From NCBI GenBank assembly GCA_031458695.1, contig JAVKJW010000001.1, positions 64,001 through 128,000 of the forward strand: a DNA stretch of 64,000 nucleotides. The letters run 5' to 3'. The position numbers and the translations under genes were made by a program. The DNA is from Candidatus Thermofontivivens primus (GTDB lineage Bacteria; Sysuimicrobiota; Sysuimicrobiia; Sysuimicrobiales; Thermofontiviventaceae). Below the pieces are notes generated by a model, which saw nothing but the letters and a program-made list of their open reading frames with translations, made no database searches and was not told where the DNA came from. Below, in pieces: positions 18,084-27,416 of the stretch. Numbering within the stretch: the stretch's first letter is position 1; each line of letters begins with the position of its first letter.

Positions 18084-18743
18084 ATGCCAACAGGAAGCGA
18101 AGCGATGCAATCGACGCGGCGGGAGATCCTCACCCTGCTGAAGACACGCGGGCCGATGACCGTCAAGGAACTGAGCAAATCCCTGGGCATCACAGCCATG
18201 GGGGTGCGCCAGCACCTCGCCACGTTGGAGCGTGACGGGTACGTCGCGCCAGGAGGGATTCGCCGGGGTCAGGGGCGTCCCAGTCGCATGTATACGATCA
18301 CCCCGCGTGGAGACGACCTCTTCCCACGTACCTACCAGCAGTTTGCCATCGCTCTCCTTGAGGACCTCCGAGCCCTCGAAGGGGAAGCGAAGGTGATGAA
18401 ACTCCTGGAGAAGCGCAAGGAGAGGCTCCTAGAGGAGTATCGGGAACGGCTAAAGGGAAAAGCTGGCGCGGAGATGGTCGCGGAGCTTGCCCGGATCCGC
18501 CACGAGGAAGGGTACCTCGCGGAGTGGAAGCAGGTGGACACCAACACCTACCTGCTCATTGAACACAACTGTCCCATCCGCCATATCGCCGATCACTTCC
18601 AACAAGCCTGCCACATGGAGCAGGCGCTGTTCGCCGAAGTGCTCGGTGCAGAGGTGAACCGCTCCCAACACATCCTCAAAGGAGAGCTCTCCTGCTCATA
18701 CACCATTAAGTTCCCCACAGCTCGGCCAAGGCGGCGAACCTGA
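18084..18743 (+). CDS. SufR-like winged-HTH transcriptional regulator (putative Fe-S binding)
   Basis: ITAMGVRQHLATLE, GRPSRMY, FPRTY, EHNCPI..C..E..C motif. Confidence 0.85.
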   Translation: MPTGSEAMQSTRREILTLLKTRGPMTVKELSKSLGITAMGVRQHLATLERDGYVAPGGIRRGQGRPSRMYTITPRGDDLFPRTYQQFAIALLEDLRALEGEAKVMKLLEKRKERLLEEYRERLKGKAGAEMVAELARIRHEEGYLAEWKQVDTNTYLLIEHNCPIRHIADHFQQACHMEQALFAEVLGAEVNRSQHILKGELSCSYTIKFPTARPRRRT

Positions 18744-18934
18744 GATCACGGGCAAAAGGCTTTTGACATTTGGCGGAAACCCCTGCGGGCTCCTCTCCGA
18801 AGAGGTCTTCCCCCTCTCCCCAGCGAATCTACCACCTGAGGGCAACACTAGCCTCTCGAATGAGGCCCCAGCGAAACCCTGTCAAAAAGAGTTCGCGGGG
18901 CCACTTCGCAAATCGAAAGGGGAGGTGAAGGATC

Positions 18935-19618
18935 ATGGTGCGGCTTGTGTGGTACGGGCACGCCTGCTGGTCCATTGAGGGAGACAAAGCCACGATCCTC
19001 ATCGATCCGTTCATCACAGGGAACCCCGAGGCTCCAACCACAGCAGACAAGGTGAAAGCGGACTACATCATCGTGACCCATGGGCATGGAGACCACATCG
19101 GCGACACTGTAGACATCGCCAAGCGCACAGGGGCCACGGTCATTAGCAACTACGAGATCACCAGCTACTGCCAGGCGAAGGGAGTCCAGAACGTTCATCC
19201 CCTGCATCTCGGCGGCGGTTTCAACTTCCCCTTCGGCCGGGTGAAGCTTACTATCGCCCACCACGGCTCCGGTCTCCCCGATGGCTCTTATGGGGGGAGC
19301 GCCGCGGGGGTGATCCTAGAACTTGGAGGGAAGCGCCTCTACCATGCCGGGGACACGGCCCTCTTCCTCGACATGCAGCTCATCGGGCGAGGCGGGCTGG
19401 ACGCAGCAATGATCCCCATCGGCGACAACTTCACCATGGGGCCTGACGATGCCCTGGAGGCAGTGAAGCTGCTCCAGCCCAAGATCGTCTTCCCCATGCA
19501 CTACGGGGCATTCGACGTGATCAAGCAGGACCCGCAGACGTGGAAGACACGCGTGGAAGCGGAGACACAGACAAAGGTGGTGATCTTGCGACCAGGTGAG
19601 GGATACGCGCTCGATTGA
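18935..19618 (+). CDS. UPF0173 metal-dependent hydrolase (MBL fold)
   Basis: WYGHA, IDPFITGNP, THGHGDHIGD, YHAGDT, PIGDNFTMGP, PMHY. Confidence 0.93.
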   Translation: MVRLVWYGHACWSIEGDKATILIDPFITGNPEAPTTADKVKADYIIVTHGHGDHIGDTVDIAKRTGATVISNYEITSYCQAKGVQNVHPLHLGGGFNFPFGRVKLTIAHHGSGLPDGSYGGSAAGVILELGGKRLYHAGDTALFLDMQLIGRGGLDAAMIPIGDNFTMGPDDALEAVKLLQPKIVFPMHYGAFDVIKQDPQTWKTRVEAETQTKVVILRPGEGYALD

Positions 19619-19643
19619 TCTCATCGAGTTTGTTGGCGAAGTT

Positions 19644-19675
19644 ACTCAGTCACTCCGTCACTGAGTCACTGGTCA
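19644..19675. repeat. 8-bp tandem micro-repeat upstream of the PlsY fusion
   Basis: ACTCAGTC ACTCCGTC ACTGAGTC ACTGGTCA. Confidence 0.55.
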
Positions 19676-21423
19676 TGGAGATGAGAAGTCTCCTTGTTGC
19701 ATTCTTCGTTGCATACCTGTGGGGCGCGCTACCTTTAGGCTTTTTGGCCGTCAAGTCCACGCGGAAGGTGGATATCCGGCGCCTGAGCCCTTACAACGTG
19801 GGATTCCGCCCACTCCTTGCCCTTGCTGGCCCCGCCGCCGTGGGGGCTTTCTTTCTGGACGTGGCCAAGGGAGCGCTCCCTCCCTTGCTCTCTTGGATGA
19901 TCCGCCCTGAGCCAGGATATGCCGTTGCAGCTGCCCTTGGCGTTCTCATCGGGCACCTCTACTCCCCCTATTTCCTCTTCACCGAGGGATCCTTCCCAAG
20001 GGCTAAAAGCGTAGGGACTGCAGCGGGCGCGGCAGGGGGGTTGTGGCTGGTGGGCTTCCTTCCTCTCCTCCCCTTGCTCTTTGCGCTGGGAGTCTGGATG
20101 GCCACCATTGCCCTGCCAAGGTTATGGGGAAGATGGGGGTACCCGTCCCTCGCCTCCGTCCTCGCTGCATTGACCCTGGCGATCGGCCTGGGGGTATCCC
20201 GAACTCCGCATGCTGGCATCTTTTTTGGCATCGCGCTCTGCGTGCTCGTGCTGTGGCGCCATAAGGAGAACCTGGGACGCATCGCCGATGGGCTCGAACC
20301 GAGGCTCGGCGAGTACCTCCCCGTCCCTGGCCTGGGGGAGGAGGTCGGGTGTGCCTTCTTGATCCACCCCATGAGCCCCCTCGACTGGTGGCAGTCCAAC
20401 CGTTTTCGCTGGCTCCGCCCCTTAGCCGACCGGGGGATCATTCCCTTCTCCCTCCTCCGCTGGCTGAGTCGGTATATCCGTCCCATGAAAGTGGACGAGA
20501 TCCGCTCCATCACGACCACCGAGGGGAAGCGGGCAAGGGTCTATCTCTTAGGGGTCCCCCTCCTTCCCGACCAGATCAAAGGCGAGCCAGCCCTGGCGCT
20601 TCGCCGCACGATCCAAGCAGCACGGCTCGCCAGGGACCTCGGAGCGGTGGTCATGGGCTTGGGCGCGTACTGGTCCGTGGTAGGCCAGAAGGGGATTGAA
20701 GTACAAGAGCAGAGCGAAATCGTCATTACCAATGGAGGGGCATTTACGGCAGGAACGGTCAGGGCGGCCGTCCCGCAGATCCTTGGGCGGCTCCAGGAGA
20801 AAGGGATCTCCCCCAGGCAGGCCACTGCGGCAGTAGTGGGCGCCAACGGTGTGGTTGGGTTCGGTATCTGCCGCATGATCGCCGGCGAGGTGGGACGTTT
20901 GATCATGGTAGGCACCGACCTCGGGCGCCTGGAGCGCTCGCGGCAGCGCCTCGCGAGCAGGTTCCCCAGGACAACCATCGAGATCACCACCGACCTTCGA
21001 CGCATCCGCGAGGCAGATGTGATCTTTACGGCCACCAACACCCCGGAGGCGGTGGTGTATCCGGAGCATGTGAGGGAAGGAGCGCTTATCTACGACCTGG
21101 GGAGACCTGCCGACGTCCACCCCTCTGTCGCCCAGGTCCCGAGGGTGGAAGTGATTCCCGGGGGGGTGGTCCGTCCTCCCGGGAACCCCACTGGCCGCAT
21201 CGATCTTGGGTACGGCCCCGGTCTCTTCCCCGCCTGTCTCGCAGAGACCGTGATCATCGCCTTAGACGGAGCTTACGAACGCCGTAGCCTTGGGGAGAGG
21301 ACGCGCACCGAAAATATCGAGTATTTCGTGCGAAGGGCCGAGGAGATGGGTTTCCGGGTGGTTACAGAGGCTCCAGACACGAGATCCCAGGTCTCCCTCG
21401 CCGCTTCTCCCACGCACTCCTGA
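19675..21423 (+). CDS. Fusion: PlsY-like membrane acyltransferase plus acyl-ACP/CoA reductase-like (AAR) NAD(P)-binding domain
   Basis: N-terminal YLWGALP, LDVAKG, IGHLYS, RHKENLGRIADGLE; C-terminal AFLIHP, GLGAYWSVV, TNGGAFT, VVGANGVVG, DLGRPADV, PACLAE. Confidence 0.8.
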   Translation: MEMRSLLVAFFVAYLWGALPLGFLAVKSTRKVDIRRLSPYNVGFRPLLALAGPAAVGAFFLDVAKGALPPLLSWMIRPEPGYAVAAALGVLIGHLYSPYFLFTEGSFPRAKSVGTAAGAAGGLWLVGFLPLLPLLFALGVWMATIALPRLWGRWGYPSLASVLAALTLAIGLGVSRTPHAGIFFGIALCVLVLWRHKENLGRIADGLEPRLGEYLPVPGLGEEVGCAFLIHPMSPLDWWQSNRFRWLRPLADRGIIPFSLLRWLSRYIRPMKVDEIRSITTTEGKRARVYLLGVPLLPDQIKGEPALALRRTIQAARLARDLGAVVMGLGAYWSVVGQKGIEVQEQSEIVITNGGAFTAGTVRAAVPQILGRLQEKGISPRQATAAVVGANGVVGFGICRMIAGEVGRLIMVGTDLGRLERSRQRLASRFPRTTIEITTDLRRIREADVIFTATNTPEAVVYPEHVREGALIYDLGRPADVHPSVAQVPRVEVIPGGVVRPPGNPTGRIDLGYGPGLFPACLAETVIIALDGAYERRSLGERTRTENIEYFVRRAEEMGFRVVTEAPDTRSQVSLAASPTHS

Positions 21424-21544
21424 ACCATCCCGGCAAGAGGCGACTTGACCCTCGCCGTGGCTCCCTCCGCACTATCCCGTGTTCCCAAGCGAAATCCTGG
21501 CAAAACGTTTCAGCAGAGCACCTGAAAAGGGACGTACCTGAGGA

Positions 21545-22003
21545 TCACCGCTCGAACCACAGGGTCTGAGGTCTCAAATGGTGGGAGATCCCAAGCTGGG
21601 AGGCCATCATCGTGCTCCAGGCCAGGAATCCCTCGATGATGGTCAGAGCCTCCTCCTCCACTTCCTCTGGGCTCAGGTTGGAGAACTGGAGCTTGGCGAG
21701 GTTCTCGCCAATTGCGTGGACGAAGGTGTCGATATCCTCGAGGAGGATGCGGCCAATCTTCATGCCCGAGGTGGTCACCATGGCCGGCCTCTGGGGGCTC
21801 CGGGGCGAAAGGCGGCGGCGTTGGGAGACCGCCCACTCCGCCAGCTCCAGAAGTGTATAGAACGCCTCCCCCACCCCGCGCTCCACAGCCAAGGAGACGA
21901 AGATCTGCGCATGCCGCCAGACCTGGTGAACGATGCTGGCGAGCATTCGCTTGTCATAAGCGTTCAGGCCTGCGTTTCCTCCCACACCTTTAGGGTTCGG
22001 CAC
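21545..22003 (-). CDS. Hypothetical alpha-helical protein
   Basis: 152-aa ORF with AAGGAGG RBS and protein-like composition; no recognised motif. Confidence 0.65.
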   Translation of the reverse strand: MPNPKGVGGNAGLNAYDKRMLASIVHQVWRHAQIFVSLAVERGVGEAFYTLLELAEWAVSQRRRLSPRSPQRPAMVTTSGMKIGRILLEDIDTFVHAIGENLAKLQFSNLSPEEVEEEALTIIEGFLAWSTMMASQLGISHHLRPQTLWFER

Positions 22004-22125
22004 AAATGGAGCGGCCTCCTTCTATTTCCTGATTCCTGACTTCCTTGTGGCATGCCAGGGTAACTCACCTCTGCAAGAGCCTTCTGTCCATCTACCCCGG
22101 ATCATGAAGGGGGTGCATGATCATC

Positions 22126-23091
22126 TCAGAGATTCCAGGACGCAACGACGGGGTTGCGCAGGACCCCGATCCCTTCGATCTCTGCTTCCACAATGTCGCC
22201 GGGCTGGAGGAACTGCGGGGGATTCATAGCAAACCCGCACCCAGCCCCCGTCCCAGTTGCGATAATGTCCCCTGGCTCAATTGTCATGCCCACGGAGAGG
22301 CTGCTCAGGATCGCAGGGATATCGAAGATCATCTGCCGCGTGTGGAACCGTTGTCGCTCCACCCCGTTCACCCGCAGGACCAGCGTGGCCTGCGGCGGCG
22401 CTCCCAAATCGTCGCGGAGGACTACCCAAGGTCCCATTGGGCAGAAGGTATCGCAACTCTTCCCCTTGAACCACTGGCCGTGTCTCTGCTGGAGATCCCG
22501 CGCGGTGATATCGTTGAGGATCGTATATCCAAACACGTAGTTGAACGCTTCCTCGGGAGGGATATCCTTTCCCTTGCGCCCAATGATCACGGCCAACTCA
22601 CACTCCCAATCCAAGCGTGTAGTGGCGCGCGGGCGCACGATAGGTGCATCCGGGCCGATGACCGCGGTGGGTGCCTTGGTGAAGAAAACAGGGACCGGCG
22701 GGAGCTCCACTGTCCAGCCCTTCCTGCCCTCCCCTCCCTCCTTTTCTGGACCCCACAAGACGTGCGCTCCTTCCTCAACGTGCTCGCGGTAGTTGCGGCC
22801 GACGCAGAAGATGTTCTTGGACGGCCTCGGGAACGGGGCAAGAAGGGTGACCTGGTTTAGGGGGGTTAGGGCCGTTCCCTCCTTTCCTCGCGCTTCCTCA
22901 ATCATACCCTTGGCCCACTCCTCTACCTCGCGGGCCATCCCAATGGCATCCTCACCTTGCTGGATGAACTCTATAAGGCTCGCCGGCCACCTCCCCTTCC
23001 AACGAGGTTCTACCTCGGGATCCACAAGCCACGTCTCCACCACGAGGCCCAGGCGATGGCCGCTTTGCGCTTGGAATGTAGCAAGTTTCAT
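22126..23091 (-). CDS. Fumarylacetoacetate hydrolase family protein
   Basis: CVGRNYREH, FFTKAP, LDWECEL, NDITARD, KSCDTFCPMGP, GDIIATGT. Confidence 0.93.
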   Translation of the reverse strand: MKLATFQAQSGHRLGLVVETWLVDPEVEPRWKGRWPASLIEFIQQGEDAIGMAREVEEWAKGMIEEARGKEGTALTPLNQVTLLAPFPRPSKNIFCVGRNYREHVEEGAHVLWGPEKEGGEGRKGWTVELPPVPVFFTKAPTAVIGPDAPIVRPRATTRLDWECELAVIIGRKGKDIPPEEAFNYVFGYTILNDITARDLQQRHGQWFKGKSCDTFCPMGPWVVLRDDLGAPPQATLVLRVNGVERQRFHTRQMIFDIPAILSSLSVGMTIEPGDIIATGTGAGCGFAMNPPQFLQPGDIVEAEIEGIGVLRNPVVASWNL

Positions 23092-23251
23092 CCCCTGCCC
23101 TCCTTACAACGATGGTGCTCTGGGGAGTTCATACACTCCATCTTTCAATGGACCCCGGCGAAAGCCAAGTAGCCCATTGTTGGAGTTCTTCAGCGCGGTT
23201 CGCCGAAAGAGACGAGAACTCCTGCTAGGGAAAATCGAGGGGCCAAGGAAC

Positions 23252-24088
23252 TTAGAAGTCTTGCTCCTGGAATGCCCGGGTGGCAAGCCACAGAGGGATC
23301 ATCACCCAGGCCACGAGCGAGACAGCGATGAGCGTCTTCCCGAGGACGGACCCGGCCAGTTCCCCAAGGATCGCTCCTCCCGGTCCCAGGGAGGTTTTCG
23401 CTCCCACAAGCATGAGAACCACCACCCGCACTGTGTCCATGGGGTTCGCCAGGACAGAGGAAAGGAGGATCGGCCTCAACCACTCCCCGCCAAAGAGGAT
23501 GGAGACGCCTAGGACCATCAGGTCATAGAGCACGCCAAGGAGGATCCAGAGTGCAAGCGCCCCGCCGAGAGCTTTCATCCTGTTCCTGGCAACAATGGAA
23601 ACCAACGCTCCAAGCCCGAGGAAGACCATGCACAGGAGTATGGAAAGAACCACCAGGACGGCGTATGCCACCAACTCAGAGAGTCCGGCCCTGAGGGCAA
23701 TGACTACCCCGGAGATCCCGAGGGCCCAGAGAAGGCCCGCACTCATGGCCCCGCAAGCCCCAAGGTATTTCCCCACGACCACCTCCCGCCGCGTGATGGG
23801 CTGGGCCAGGAGAACCTCCGTATCCCCTTGCTCTGGGGAAAAGGCCAGGACCCCGAGGGCTAGGGCATTCACAGGGATGAGGAAGGTGATGAGGTTGACT
23901 AAGCTTGTGGCGGTGCGGGCAAATCCCACAAACCGAGCGTATCCCCCGAGGCTCAGACCCAGGTATGAGACCCCTAGCGCCAGGATAGCGAGGAGGAGGG
24001 CGAAGGCCCAAGACCAGCGACTCCTCGCTGTGAGTTCGAATTCCCGGCTGGCAATTTTCCATATCGCTGTCACTACAGCTCCCCTCAC
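23252..24088 (-). CDS. nosY: ABC permease, N2O reductase maturation
   Basis: 6 TM helices, EVLLAQPITRREVVVGKYLG, NPMDTVR; located in the nos cluster. Confidence 0.88.
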   Translation of the reverse strand: MRGAVVTAIWKIASREFELTARSRWSWAFALLLAILALGVSYLGLSLGGYARFVGFARTATSLVNLITFLIPVNALALGVLAFSPEQGDTEVLLAQPITRREVVVGKYLGACGAMSAGLLWALGISGVVIALRAGLSELVAYAVLVVLSILLCMVFLGLGALVSIVARNRMKALGGALALWILLGVLYDLMVLGVSILFGGEWLRPILLSSVLANPMDTVRVVVLMLVGAKTSLGPGGAILGELAGSVLGKTLIAVSLVAWVMIPLWLATRAFQEQDF

Positions 24089-24564
24089 TCCGATCCCTCT
24101 CCTTGCCTACGGACGAACTCGAGGGCCTCATGGAAGGTCCAGATCTTCGCTCCCTCCCCCGCGAACCGCTCCGCCTCTTCCCTGCTGTGGAACGCAAACA
24201 GGCCATAGTACATGGGAGTGTACAAGGACGCGCGGACATAGAAGGCCCCTTCCGCACGGATCCACTGCTTCGTCGTCCAGTCGTGCACAAACATGGCCCG
24301 CACGCCCTCCCCCTGGGGATGGTGTTTCACACGGTAGAGAAGCATGCACCCGATATCACAGAACTTGGCGACGCCCTCCTCGGTCACGAGCTCCGCGGCG
24401 TGCGGTTCCTCCCTGATGACCATCCCGCACTCCGCACACGTCTCCACGCCGAGGAGGATCTGCTTTGGCTTCACCTCCCCTGACCTTTCTCGAAGGTAGG
24501 AGAAGGTGATCACCAATCCTATCGCCACAGCGAAAGCAAGGATCAAGGGATAGACCCGTCGCAT
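24085..24564 (-). CDS. nosL: NosL-family copper chaperone (copy 2)
   Basis: CAECGMVI, FCDIGC, TPMYYG; N-terminal TM anchor. Confidence 0.88.
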   Translation of the reverse strand: MRRVYPLILAFAVAIGLVITFSYLRERSGEVKPKQILLGVETCAECGMVIREEPHAAELVTEEGVAKFCDIGCMLLYRVKHHPQGEGVRAMFVHDWTTKQWIRAEGAFYVRASLYTPMYYGLFAFHSREEAERFAGEGAKIWTFHEALEFVRRQGEGSE

Positions 24565-24571
24565 CGTCCCT

Positions 24572-25063
24572 TCAATGCTGCATCCCTTTCATCATCTTCC
24601 GGCGCTCAACTGCGTACTTCATGGCCTCCTGGAAGGAGAGAACCTTCCCTCCATGTGCCTTGGCGAAAGCTCTGGCATCCTCGGCCTTGCGGAAGGCGAA
24701 CAGGCCATAGGTCATGGGCGTGCGCTGGGAGGTAGAGACGAAGAAGGCGGACCGTCCCTCGATCCATCCCTGCGTCCTCCAATCCCTCACAAGGACCGAG
24801 CGCACCTCCTTTTCAGCGAGGCCATGGGCATGGATGTAGTTAAAGAGGCAACCTAAGTCGTCAAAGCGGAATTGTCCTGCCGCGGTCACGACCACTGCTC
24901 CATGGCGTGCATCCCGGATGACCATGTTGCACAGGGCGCACCGGTCCACTCCCTCCTGGATGAGCGGGATCCTTTCGGGAGGCGCTACCTGCCCGAACAG
25001 AACCAGCGCACCCCCCAGAGTAAGAATCAGAACCACTCCGATTCCTATCGCGGCTCTTCTCAT
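24572..25063 (-). CDS. nosL: NosL-family copper chaperone (copy 1)
   Basis: CALCNMVI, FDDLGC, TPMTYG; N-terminal TM anchor. Confidence 0.88.
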   Translation of the reverse strand: MRRAAIGIGVVLILTLGGALVLFGQVAPPERIPLIQEGVDRCALCNMVIRDARHGAVVVTAAGQFRFDDLGCLFNYIHAHGLAEKEVRSVLVRDWRTQGWIEGRSAFFVSTSQRTPMTYGLFAFRKAEDARAFAKAHGGKVLSFQEAMKYAVERRKMMKGMQH

Positions 25064-25965
25064 TCCTTCTCACTCCCCTTCGATCCTTGAAGGATTTCGT
25101 TCACGACTTCCTCGATATCCGGCTCCTCGGTCGAAAACCCGAGCACACGAACCCCAGCCTCCTGGATCGCCTGCAGCACCCGGAGCCTCTCCCCAGGAGG
25201 ACAGGAAACAATAAGGTGGCCGTCCTCGAAGATTGCAGGATGGCTTGCCAAGCCTGGGATGCTGCAGATCGCTTCATCCGTTGGGACACGCACGCGCAGC
25301 CGCGGCCGGAACCGTTCCCTGAGTGCATCGATCCCATCCTTCACCACAAGCCTGCCCTCTTTCAAGATAGCCACAGAAGTCGCCATCTCCTCACTGTCTT
25401 GGATGACGTGCGAGGAGAAGATCACGATCTTCCCGTTCGCCCGCCACCTTTGGACAATTGTCCGGAGGGCCTGCCTTCCCTCGACGTCGAGGCTCAGGGT
25501 TGGCTCATCCAAAAGAAGAACTGTGGGATCGCCCAGGATAGCCACAGATAGCCCCAGCCGCTGTTTCATCCCCCCTGAATAGGTCCCCACAGGTCTCTGG
25601 AGAAAGTCCTCAAGGCACATGATCTCGACCACCTCCCTCACAGCACTGGGTGGAACGCCGCGGATACTGGCATAGAAGAACAGAATCTCTTCCCCAGCGA
25701 GGGAAGCGGGGAAGTCCACGCGCTGGGGGAGGTAGCCGATGCACCGTTTCGCTTCCTTAGGCTGGCGCCAGGGATCATATCCCTCCACAGAGACACGGCC
25801 GCAGGTGGGCCGCACGAGGCCGGCGAGGATCTTCAAAGTGGTGCTCTTCCCTGCTCCATTGGGACCAAGGAGCGCTAGGACCTCCCCAGGTTCGACGTGG
25901 AAGGAGAGCTCCTCTACGGCCGTGACCTCCCCATACCGCTTCGTCAGACCCTCGACCTGGACCAT
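25060..25965 (-). CDS. nosF: ABC ATP-binding protein, N2O reductase maturation
   Basis: GPNGAGKST, YSGGMKQRLGL, LLLDEP; lies between nosD and nosL/nosY. Confidence 0.9.
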   Translation of the reverse strand: MVQVEGLTKRYGEVTAVEELSFHVEPGEVLALLGPNGAGKSTTLKILAGLVRPTCGRVSVEGYDPWRQPKEAKRCIGYLPQRVDFPASLAGEEILFFYASIRGVPPSAVREVVEIMCLEDFLQRPVGTYSGGMKQRLGLSVAILGDPTVLLLDEPTLSLDVEGRQALRTIVQRWRANGKIVIFSSHVIQDSEEMATSVAILKEGRLVVKDGIDALRERFRPRLRVRVPTDEAICSIPGLASHPAIFEDGHLIVSCPPGERLRVLQAIQEAGVRVLGFSTEEPDIEEVVNEILQGSKGSEKE

Positions 25966-27416
25966 GCTCCAGACCTCCTGCGACCTGCCCTCCACAAAAC
26001 CATTGTGGTCCCAAAGACCAACAAGGCCGCGAAAACCCCACTAGCTTTACTGCCCGGCCGGATGGGCCCAGTTGGGAGGGCGAAGGGGATATCTTCCTGG
26101 CGCATCCGAGGGGAGCGATCCTCTTCCCGCGGGAGCTCCAGGACTGGGAGCGCCTCCTCGGCGAAGGCCAGCGCCCGGACGGCGGGGCTGTGAAATAGGA
26201 TCCGTACCTCTGGGTAGTTCTCGCTGAGGAAACCAAACAGCGAGCCAACTTTGTAAGGAATGTCCCCGGTCCCGTCTCCGTCGAGGTCGTAGCCGCGGTA
26301 ATCGCTCCAGTAGTTGCCTTCCCACCTGTTCAGGAGCCGCCCCCGGTTGAGGTGGACTTGGTCCCCGTTCTCCACGAAGGCATTCCCTGTGAAGAGGTTG
26401 TTGATCGAGCTAGAGAGAATCCTAGCGCCAATGGTGTTGGCCGCAATGAGATTACGGCGGATACGATTCTCCCTGCTGTTGTCCATAAAGATACCGACCT
26501 CGTTGTCCACGATGCTGTTTTCTTCAATGAGAGAATCCTCACAGTCCTTCAGGAAAAGGCCGTAGGCGCCATAGCCGCGACTGTGGGCAAACAGGTTCCT
26601 GCGCGCCACGATGCGCTTCGCGTACATGGGTGCGGCCGCCACGCCGTTGTACTGGAAGACATTTCCCTCGAAGGTATTGTCGTCGGAGTACATGTAGTGG
26701 AGGCCAATACGCCCATAGAGCACGTAGTTACCGCGGATGCGGTTCCCATTGGAGAACTCGAAGTACAGACCGTCGCGGGGGTACAAAATCATGTTTCCTT
26801 CGATGTGGTTCCTATGGGAGCCAAACAAGTGAATGGCATTCCCCCTGTCGTGTTCACCGACCCCAAGACCTTGGATCCGGTTCCCCACGATGGTGTTCCC
26901 ACTCGCCCCAAGCAGGAAGATGCCAAAGAGCGCATTCGTAATCTCGTTCCCGCGGATGGTGTTGTGATCGCCAAGGACCTTCACAGCTGCCTCGTTCCTC
27001 CACAGCCGCCGCCCGCTCCCCCGGATGATGAACCCTTGGACGGTGGCACCCCCTGCTTTGATGGTGAGGACGTCTCCCTGGCCGCCCCCGTCCACCACCG
27101 GCCTCCCCTCACCCACCAGCCGCACCGCCTTGGAAATCACCAACCGCTCACGATAGACTCCCGGCTGGACGAGGATGGTATCTCCCTCGTGCGCGCGGAC
27201 GAGAGCCTGGCCAATCGTTGCGAATCCCTCCCTTCCCACAATCCAGGTATGTCCCCGCCCTTCCTCCTGCAGAAACGCCTTCCCACCTTCCTCCCTTATG
27301 GGAGAGGATACACGGGAGAGAGGGGGTGTAGGTGCGCCCTGGATCGTAGCCCACGGACTCGCCGCGGCAGTCCAAGCAAGGAGGAGCGATGTTAGGAACG
27401 CGATCTTCCGCGCCAT
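25944..27416 (-). CDS. nosD: N2O reductase maturation protein NosD (beta-helix)
   Basis: Start MARKIAF with signal peptide. RGNAIHL, RDGLYFE, GLHYMYS, GNYWSDYRGYDLDGDGTGDIPY. Confidence 0.93.
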   Translation of the reverse strand: MARKIAFLTSLLLAWTAAASPWATIQGAPTPPLSRVSSPIREEGGKAFLQEEGRGHTWIVGREGFATIGQALVRAHEGDTILVQPGVYRERLVISKAVRLVGEGRPVVDGGGQGDVLTIKAGGATVQGFIIRGSGRRLWRNEAAVKVLGDHNTIRGNEITNALFGIFLLGASGNTIVGNRIQGLGVGEHDRGNAIHLFGSHRNHIEGNMILYPRDGLYFEFSNGNRIRGNYVLYGRIGLHYMYSDDNTFEGNVFQYNGVAAAPMYAKRIVARRNLFAHSRGYGAYGLFLKDCEDSLIEENSIVDNEVGIFMDNSRENRIRRNLIAANTIGARILSSSINNLFTGNAFVENGDQVHLNRGRLLNRWEGNYWSDYRGYDLDGDGTGDIPYKVGSLFGFLSENYPEVRILFHSPAVRALAFAEEALPVLELPREEDRSPRMRQEDIPFALPTGPIRPGSKASGVFAALLVFGTTMVLWRAGRRRSGAWSRSRV

